From NCBI GenBank assembly GCA_030141605.1, contig JAQGDQ010000895.1:18903-82902 (forward strand): DNA of 64,000 nt. The letters run 5' to 3'. The position numbers and the translations under genes are program-made. Shown one piece after another: positions 1 to 64,000 of the stretch (the stretch's first letter is position 1; every line of letters starts with the position of its first letter). The DNA comes from Tubiluchus corallicola. Taxonomy: Eukaryota > Animalia > Priapulida. The notes below the pieces were generated by a model. That model searched no databases. It saw only the letters and a program-made list of their open reading frames with translations, and was not told the DNA's origin.

Positions 1-1404
1 TGTACAGTGTAGTGTTAGCTGTGCCAATGTCTGTTAGTCATACGAGACTGTACAGTGTAGTGTGAGCTGTGTGATGGGGCCAATTTCCAATGTCTGTTAG
101 TCATACGACACTGTACAGTGTAGTGTTAGCTGTGTGATGGGGCCAATTTCCAATGTCTGTTAGTCATACGACACTGTACAGTGTAGTGTTAGCTGTGCCA
201 ATGTCTGTTAGTCATACGAGACTGTACAGTGTAGTGTGAGCTGTGTGATGGGGCCAATTTCCAATGTCTGTTAGTCATACGAGACTGTACAGTGTAGTGT
301 GAGCTGTGTGATGGGGCCAATTTCCAATGTCTGTTAGTCATACGACACTGTACAGTGTAGTGTGAGCTGTGTGATGGGGCCAATTTCCAATGTCTGTTAG
401 TCATACGACACTGTACAGTGTAGTGTGAGCTGTGTGATGGGGCCAATTTCCAATGTCTGTTAGTCATACGAGACTGTACAGTGTAGTGTGAGCTGTGTGA
501 TGGGGCCAATTTCCAATGTCTGTTAGTCATACGAGACTGTACAGTGTAGTGTGAGCTGTGTGATGGGGCCAATTTCCAATGTCTGTTAGTCATACGAGCC
601 TGTACAGTGTAGTGTGAGCTGTGCCAATGTCTGTTAGTCATACGAGACTGTACAGTGTAGTGTGAGCTGTGCCAATGTCTGTTAGTCATACGGAGACTGT
701 ACAGTGTAGTATGAGCTGTGTGATGGGGCCAATTTCCAATGTCTGTTAGTCATACGGAGACTGTACAGTGTAGTGTGAGCTGTGTGATGGGGCCAATTTC
801 CAATGTCTGTTAGTCATACGACACTGTACAGTGTACTGTGAGCTGTGTGATGGGGCCAATTTCCAATGTCTGTTAGTCATACGACACTGTACAGTGTAGT
901 GTGAGCTGTGTGATGAGGCCAATTTCCAATGTCTGTTAGTCATACGAGACTGTACAGTGTAGTGTGAGCTGTGCCAATGTCTGTTAGTCATACGACACTG
1001 TACAGTGTAGTGTGAGCTGTGTGATGGGGCCAATTTCCAATGTCTGTTAGTCATACGAGACTGTACAGTGTAGTGTGAGCTGTGTGATGGGGCCAATTTC
1101 CAATGTCTGTTAGTCATACGACACTGTACAGTGTAGTGTGAGCTGTGTGATGGGGCCAATTTCCAATGTCTGTTAGTCATACGGAGACTGTACAGTGTAG
1201 TGTGAGCTGTGCCAATGTCTGTTAGTCATACGAGACTGTACAGTGTAGTGTGAGCTGTGTGATGGGGCCAATTTCCAATGTCTGTTAGTCATACGACACT
1301 GTACAGTGTAGTGTGAGCTGTGTGATGGGGCCAATTTCCAATGTCTGTTAGTCATACGACACTGTACAGTGTAGTGTGAGCTGTGTGATGGGGCCAATTT
1401 CCAA
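1..1404. repeat. 63-bp minisatellite with 48-bp deletion variants
   Basis: Unit tgtacagtgtagtgtgagctgtg(tgatggggccaattt)ccaatgtctgttagtcatacgagac; runs off the window start. Confidence 0.97.
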
Positions 1405-1695
1405 ACGATTTAGTCTAGTGATAACGCCTCTGCTTTCCGTCTCGGAGGTCGTGAGTTCGATGGAGCGGCCGGCTCATATCAAAGACTTTAAAAGTGGTAG
1501 CTGCTGTTGGCCTGCCTGACGCGTTGCATTAAGATTAAAAGTGGGGTAATAGTTGTAGGTTTGTTATTTATAGTCGGCTAAATGTTAATTGTTCAACTAA
1601 AAGCCAACTATATATAAAGATTATTAAATTATCATTAGTATTGTTGTTGTTGTTGTTATTGCTGTTGCTGCTGCTGCTGCTGTTGCTGTTGCTGC

Positions 1696-1745
<50 letters not shown>

Positions 1746-1840
1746 TTGCTGCTGCTGTTGCTGTTACTATTACTATTACTATTACTATTACTATTACTAT
1801 TACTATTACTATTATTATTACTATTATTATTATTATTGTG
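1405..1840 (+). mobile_element. tRNA-derived SINE with expanded (TTG/CTG/TTA)n tail
   Basis: A-box-like tagtctagtg, B-box gagttcga, core aaagactttaaaagtggtagctgctg..cctgcctg (resembles the Meta/MESC-SINE domain, from memory); homologous copies at 3316, 23060 and 49274. Confidence 0.8.
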
Positions 1841-2158
1841 CTGTCACTAATCGCAATGGTGTCTTATTTGTAAAAAAGACATTTTCATAAGCAAAACTAT
1901 TTGTGTGACCGTAGACACTAAGTTACCCGGATTTCCGGAGAAAAACGCATTTAACCGAACATTTCTTACTTTCTGTGATTTTTTGTATCCGTGCTATAGA
2001 TTGCTAAATCATGCAGAATAATGACTAGTTAGTGGTCTTGTAACCCTGGGCTAGAAGGGATGTCAGCGCTACGTCACAAGGCCAAAGTAAATAGGTACCT
2101 TTATAGGTTAATAATTACCTGGGTTGGTGACTATTATGCCGTAAACTTTCACGGTTAA

Positions 2159-2830
2159 AGGACAAGAAATGGGAAGGACAAGAAAAGGGGTGCCTGATGT
2201 AGATTTCAGAAAAATTGCCTAAAAATGATATTACTTGACAACGTATATCTTACTCGCGTTGAAAGGATTTTTTGTTTGTTTTCATTTTAAATCTCCCGCA
2301 ATACTGTTCAGACGGCGCCATTACATGACGTCATATACGCACAACGTAAATCAGGGAAGAGAAGAAAAGAAAGTGCTAAACTGCGTTACAAAAAACTTTC
2401 CATGCATTTCGCTTACCTGCTTGAAAGACCTGAGTAACTTAGAAAGAAAATCATTAATTATTTAAAATGTTTTCACCAATTGGTAAAATCTCGTTGACTC
2501 ACCTCCAGGGTGCACCACTCACCAACCAAAAAAACGTATTTCAATCTCATTGATAAGCTACAGTAATTTAAAATTTTACTTAGTTATTGTATGCGCTACG
2601 AATACTCTGATTATTTTTCAAACTTGTTTAAAATGTTATCTAAACTTGTTTTAAGTGACTTATCGTCAAAATGGCTGCGTCTGGCGGTCATCGCGCGAGT
2701 TTAGCTTTACAAATTTTTTATACAGCATTACTACCGACGCTAGTCCTGTATACAAAAGCGTAGTGTGTAAGTGTCATAAACTCTCAAGACGAATTTTTAT
2801 AGCTTTCTGTAAGCGGAAGCTATTCTTGAT
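2159..2830 (+). mobile_element. Kolobok-like non-autonomous DNA transposon (family K2)
   Basis: ttaa|AGGACAAGAAA terminus; clear homology to 33670-34260 and, inverted, to 48230-49013. Confidence 0.7.
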
Positions 2831-3315
2831 ACTGCTAGTTATTGTTGTTAACTTTTTCGCCCGTGTTTACCAATCCAATGAACGTCCCTTTTGCTTGGAT
2901 CAGTTCGCCAGCGAGCCATCTGTATTTATAGTGTGTAGGTACCGGTCTTGCTGACCCTGTCCAACAGCAGAATTGATAAGAATCGTACACCTGAGTATCC
3001 GTGTGCCATAGCCACAGTACAGTAATTATAAGTGACTAGACAAATTACTACACTGTGCCGTGTAATTATAACCCTAGGTGAGCTGACATTGACAACTTGA
3101 TGATAGCAAGACTTTGTAAAGTTAAGAACAATTGCCAGGAAATGTTTATATTGTCCTAGATGTATATATATTAGCAATATGGAAATGTAAGTGTCGCAAC
3201 AGATACCTTTGTGGGGCATCTCCTGTTTATCCTTGTTCATTAAGTATGTGAGTTTACCTTTAAAAATACTGTTAACTGTTATATCCTTGCAAATAGAGGG
3301 CGCATGTATACGCCA

Positions 3316-3571
3316 GAGGGTTTGTTCTAGTGGTAACGCGTTTGCTTTCCGTCTAGAAGGTCGTGAGTTCGATACAGGCCGGGTTATAAAGAGTTTAAAA
3401 ATGGTACCTGCTGTTGCCCTGCCTGACGTGTGGCATTTAGGGTAAAAGTGGGGTAATAATAGTCTATAACGTAAGGGTAGGTTGTTGTTTATAGCCTTCC
3501 CTCTGTGGAGCTAATGTTAATTGTCGATCCAAAAAGCCGACTTTAAATAAAAGTTGTTGTTGTTGTTGTTG

Positions 3572-3609
<38 letters not shown>

Positions 3610-3610
3610 T
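3316..3610 (+). mobile_element. tRNA-derived SINE, copy 2
   Basis: ctagtggtaacgcgtttgctttccgt..ggtcgtgagttcga head, same core, (TTG)(TTA)n tail. Confidence 0.8.
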
Positions 3611-3720
3611 TTGTGATCATGACTGCGCATGTTTATATGCTCAAAATAGAGTTATTATAATAATTACATTGTTCTGACAACAGCTGTGAAATGTGTTAAT
3701 GAATTTCTGCTCTTTGCTAG

Positions 3721-60356
<56,636 letters not shown>

Positions 60357-63200
60357 GTGATCTTGTGAAATGTACAACTAATTTAATTGTTATGTTAAGT
60401 TATACGACAAAAAAATACAACATAAATAACTAACCTTCTTGCCAGCTTTTTAAAAGTTGAAAGGTTAGGCGTTTTTCGCATTTAAACTTCCTTGCAAAGG
60501 TTGTGCCGCTACGGTTGGGACTGCGTGTCTTATATTTGCTTTTGTAGCAATGATCTCGGATTGTCTTCCGCACAGGATCCTATGAAGATGTTATGAATTG
60601 TTATATAAATATTGTTGTTATGCGCAGCAAACATTATTAATTTTAGAGTTTAATTATTAATAACGACGCTTCGGCGTCGCGTATTGACCAATTACATTGC
60701 GGAAGAGATTCACGTCCCTCTAGTGTTCGTTCCTGGTGTTATTTTACTGCAGCAAGACTCTAGGGTGTTGGCAGCTTGCCAATTTTCAAAATTAGTGAAT
60801 GAAAAACGGTAAAATAAGTAAGTTCCACGCGAGTGTTACCATGGAAACAGATGATTGTCAAATCCTCCTGCAGTTCATTTAATGTTTAATCCCAGTGAAA
60901 ATTGCATTCTTTTACGAATCGAATAATCGGGAACTTTCCCCCACCCCCCGCTCCATGTGCATTTTTATTTAGAAAAGTTTCCGGGCGTCGATGTTGCTGC
61001 GAATTACACGCGATCTGTAGCGGATTGCTCCCAAGTTGTAAAAATTCTTTCACGGCGCGTGAACATGTAAAGATGCGCGGAAACACTTGGCGAAATGTAT
61101 TATTGTTATACCGCCGTATTTACATGTGCATTTACCTGTATGTATATCCCTCATTCAATTTTATTGCATTATATTTAAAACTATTTTGTCTTGATGTCTT
61201 GATTATAGCTTTATTTTTGTACTGTATCTTCTTTTTTGTCATCTATACTTACGAATTGCAACGTATCACCAGCTGTAACAGACCAGTATCTCTTCCGCTA
61301 AATGGCTTCATGGTTTGCATATTTGAAGTGTTGCATACCCACTAAATGGCTTCATATTTTGCAAATTTAAAGTGTTCTTGCCCAATAAATGGCTTCATAT
61401 TTTGCAAATTTAAAGTGTTCTTGCCCAATAAATGGCTACATATTTTGAAAATTTAAAGTGCTCGTGCCCAATAAATGGCTTCATATTTTGCAAATTTAAA
61501 GTGTTCTTGCGCAATAAACGGCTTCATATTTTGCAAATTTAAAGTGTTCTTGCCCAATAAATTGCTTCATATTTTGCAAATTCAAAGTCTTCATGTCCAA
61601 TAAATGGCTTCATATTTTGCAAATTTGAAGTGTTCTTGCCCAATAAATGGCTTCATATTTTGCAAATTTAAAGTGTTCATGCCCAATAAATGGCTTCTTA
61701 TTTTGCAAATTTAAAATGTTCGTGCGCAATAAATGGCTTCATATTTTGCAAATTTAAAATGTTCGTGCGCAATAAATGGCTTCATATTTTGCAAATTTAA
61801 AATGTTCGTGCGCAATAAATGGCTTCATAGTTTGCAAATTTAAAATGTTCTTGCCCAATAAATGGCTTCATATTTTGCTAATTTGAAGTGTTGCATGCCC
61901 ATTAAATGGCTTCATATTTTGAAAATTTAAAGTGGTTATGCCCACTAAATTGCTTCATATATTGAAAATTTAAAGTGTTCGTACCCACTAACAAGCTTCA
62001 TATTTTGCAAATTTGAAGTGTTAAAGTGTTCATGCCCACTAAATGGCTTCGTATTTTGCAAATTTAAAGTGTTTGTGCCCAACTTTAGGCCTTTTAGTAG
62101 ATTAATGCTTTGCTTCGTTAAGCGCTCGCTTGCTTTTATTTATTACATTTTAAACAAAATAGATAATAGTCTTAGAGCGGAGCGGCAGATTTTTTTAGAT
62201 TTTTTCTTCTGCAACTCCGCACATATTTAACGAAAGCTCGTTGTTGAAGTTGTTACTAAAATTCTACCAATTACTTTACAATTTAACAAACATTTCATTC
62301 GCTTTTGCACTTTGGAAACCCCAGCAAGGTTGTGATAATGAATCTCCTAGTGTGCACTGTGAAATGATTGGCTATTGGAGGCGAACGTTTTTTTATTCTT
62401 GCATTCTTAACGAATTAGTTATTGGAGGCGTGTATTAAGTGTAATTTGGCACAGTGTATTTATCATTTCATGCTGTTGTTAGCGAGTTTCCTGGCAAAGC
62501 TATTATTTATACAGCACAAAAAAGGTTTCTGCTATTGTGTAATGACTGAACTGTCGCTTAAGTGCCGCTCGAAAGAGTGGCTTTATCCTTGTATTATGGC
62601 AGGACCATGATTGTATGAATGGTTTGTTATGTTGTACAAAACAAGTTATTGAGATGAAATGTTTAAAAGTATATATGATTTTGTAAGTTATTTCTCGTTT
62701 TTTAAGCACCAAGCTAATCAGCATGGTAATTATTCTCGTTAGTAACGAGTTGCGGAGGCGGGTGATTCGTCGTCGACACGTCTACGATTTCAATGAATCT
62801 CTCTAAACAAAGTTGTCTCTCTCTGTAACATTCCTGCATCGAGATCAAATGAATTTTTTTGCTCGTTGATTCGTCGTCTTGGTTACGGCTTTGTCGTTCC
62901 GTGTTTGAATTGGGACGTGTTGATTCGCCTGGTGCTTTTTCGATGTTGTTTTTTCAAACGGCTTTGAAGTTTATCGTAAGCGTTCGCCGCTGCTTGATGT
63001 ACGTAGTATTTATATAATTGACAATTTTGCGACTGATTGTATATTCTGTAGTTTGCTGTGCACCCGGGCGAAGAGGCGTGGGGACGGTGCAAAAAACAGA
63101 GTTGACTTAACTGTATTATGAATTGGAACTAAAGTGTTATTTTCGTATGTTTAAATGCGACTTTATTAAATTATATTTGTTGTTTCGGTCTTCGTTGTAA
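60357..63200 (+). other. Probable long 3'UTR; candidate distal poly(A) signal ATTAAA at 63165-63170
   Basis: U-rich, transposon-poor sequence after the stop; ATTAAA followed by a GT-rich tract. The end point is inferred. Confidence 0.4.
61295..62082. repeat. 43-bp minisatellite, about 18 copies, downstream of the stop codon
   Basis: Unit cccaataaatggcttcatattttgcaaatttaaagtgttcttg. Confidence 0.96.
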
Positions 63201-63649
63201 ATGTTAAATTTATTGCACGTAGATTTGGGAAGAATTAGTTACGAGGGTTTCGTTGTTGTGTTTCGGTCACATTTGGCATTTCACTTGGCAAGCAGACGCA
63301 TTTCCAACTGGTATGAAAATCAGTTAACTTTCTCTTCCCGCTCTTATAACTATTACTATTACTACTACTACTACTACTAGTTAGATATTTAACAAGATAA
63401 GGCTGCCAGCCATCAGCTTCTTGTATGACCTGTCAATACAATCTAGTATTTATGTTTCAAGTACGTAGAAATGTACTGACTAATAGCTGGTGATAATTAT
63501 ATTATATATGTATACATACATTATTATATTCTTCAGACACTGTGATGATGTTGGGAAATGTGTAACTATAATGTCAAATCCTCTATTCATCCAATAAAAA
63601 TATTGCCCAAGGGAAACGCATCGTCCGGTCGTTTTTGTCGATAAAATCG

Positions 63650-64000
63650 CGCTAGAATGGCTTTCACAAAACAGACTAAAATCACGCGCTAGAACGGCTT
63701 TCACACAACAGACTAAAATCACGCTAGAACGGCTTTCACAAAACAGACTAAAATCACGCCACAACGGCTTTCACCAAACAGACTAAAATCACGCTAGAAC
63801 AGCTTTCACAAAACAGACTAAAATCACGCTAGAACGGCTTTCACAAAACAGACTAAAATCACGCTAGAACGGCTTTCACAAAACAGACTAAAATCACGCT
63901 AGAACGGCTTTCACAAAACAGACTAAAATCACGCTAGAACGGCTTTCACAAAACAGACTAAAATCACGCTAGAACGGCTTTCACAAAACAGACTAAAATC
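63650..64000. repeat. 35-bp minisatellite running off the window end
   Basis: Unit acgctagaacggctttcacaaaacagactaaaatc. Confidence 0.97.

Noticed and set aside
189-1397. His-rich MTNRHWKLAPSHSSHY repeat ORFs
   Set aside because: Product of the 63/48-bp satellite; single-base insertions (cggagac) break the frame.

Overview
Eukaryotic (invertebrate metazoan-type, AT-rich) genomic DNA, not prokaryotic. One spliced + strand gene spans almost the whole window: an FNDC3A/FNDC3B (Drosophila mtgo) family fibronectin type III protein. I traced 21 coding exons by hand from 3721 to the stop at 60356. All have GT-AG boundaries and consistent phases, giving about 1141 aa: a Pro/His-rich N-terminal region, a run of FN3 repeats and a C-terminal tail-anchor transmembrane helix. 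The first coding exon(s) lie upstream of the window. Introns contain non-autonomous DNA transposons (hAT-, piggyBac- and Kolobok-like), tRNA-derived SINEs, LINE relics and more than 25 unrelated minisatellite arrays (roughly 30% of the window). Nearly all long ORFs in the supplied track are artefacts of these repeats. Most interesting: a candidate alternative first coding exon inside the 20-kb intron; two tandem arrays that amplify the gene's own 5' splice sites; a presumed 3'UTR array carrying 12 AATAAA signals; and a satellite that expanded inside two copies of one hAT element. I found no evidence of a new multi-gene system. Repeat boundaries are approximate, and family names come from termini and motifs, not database searches.
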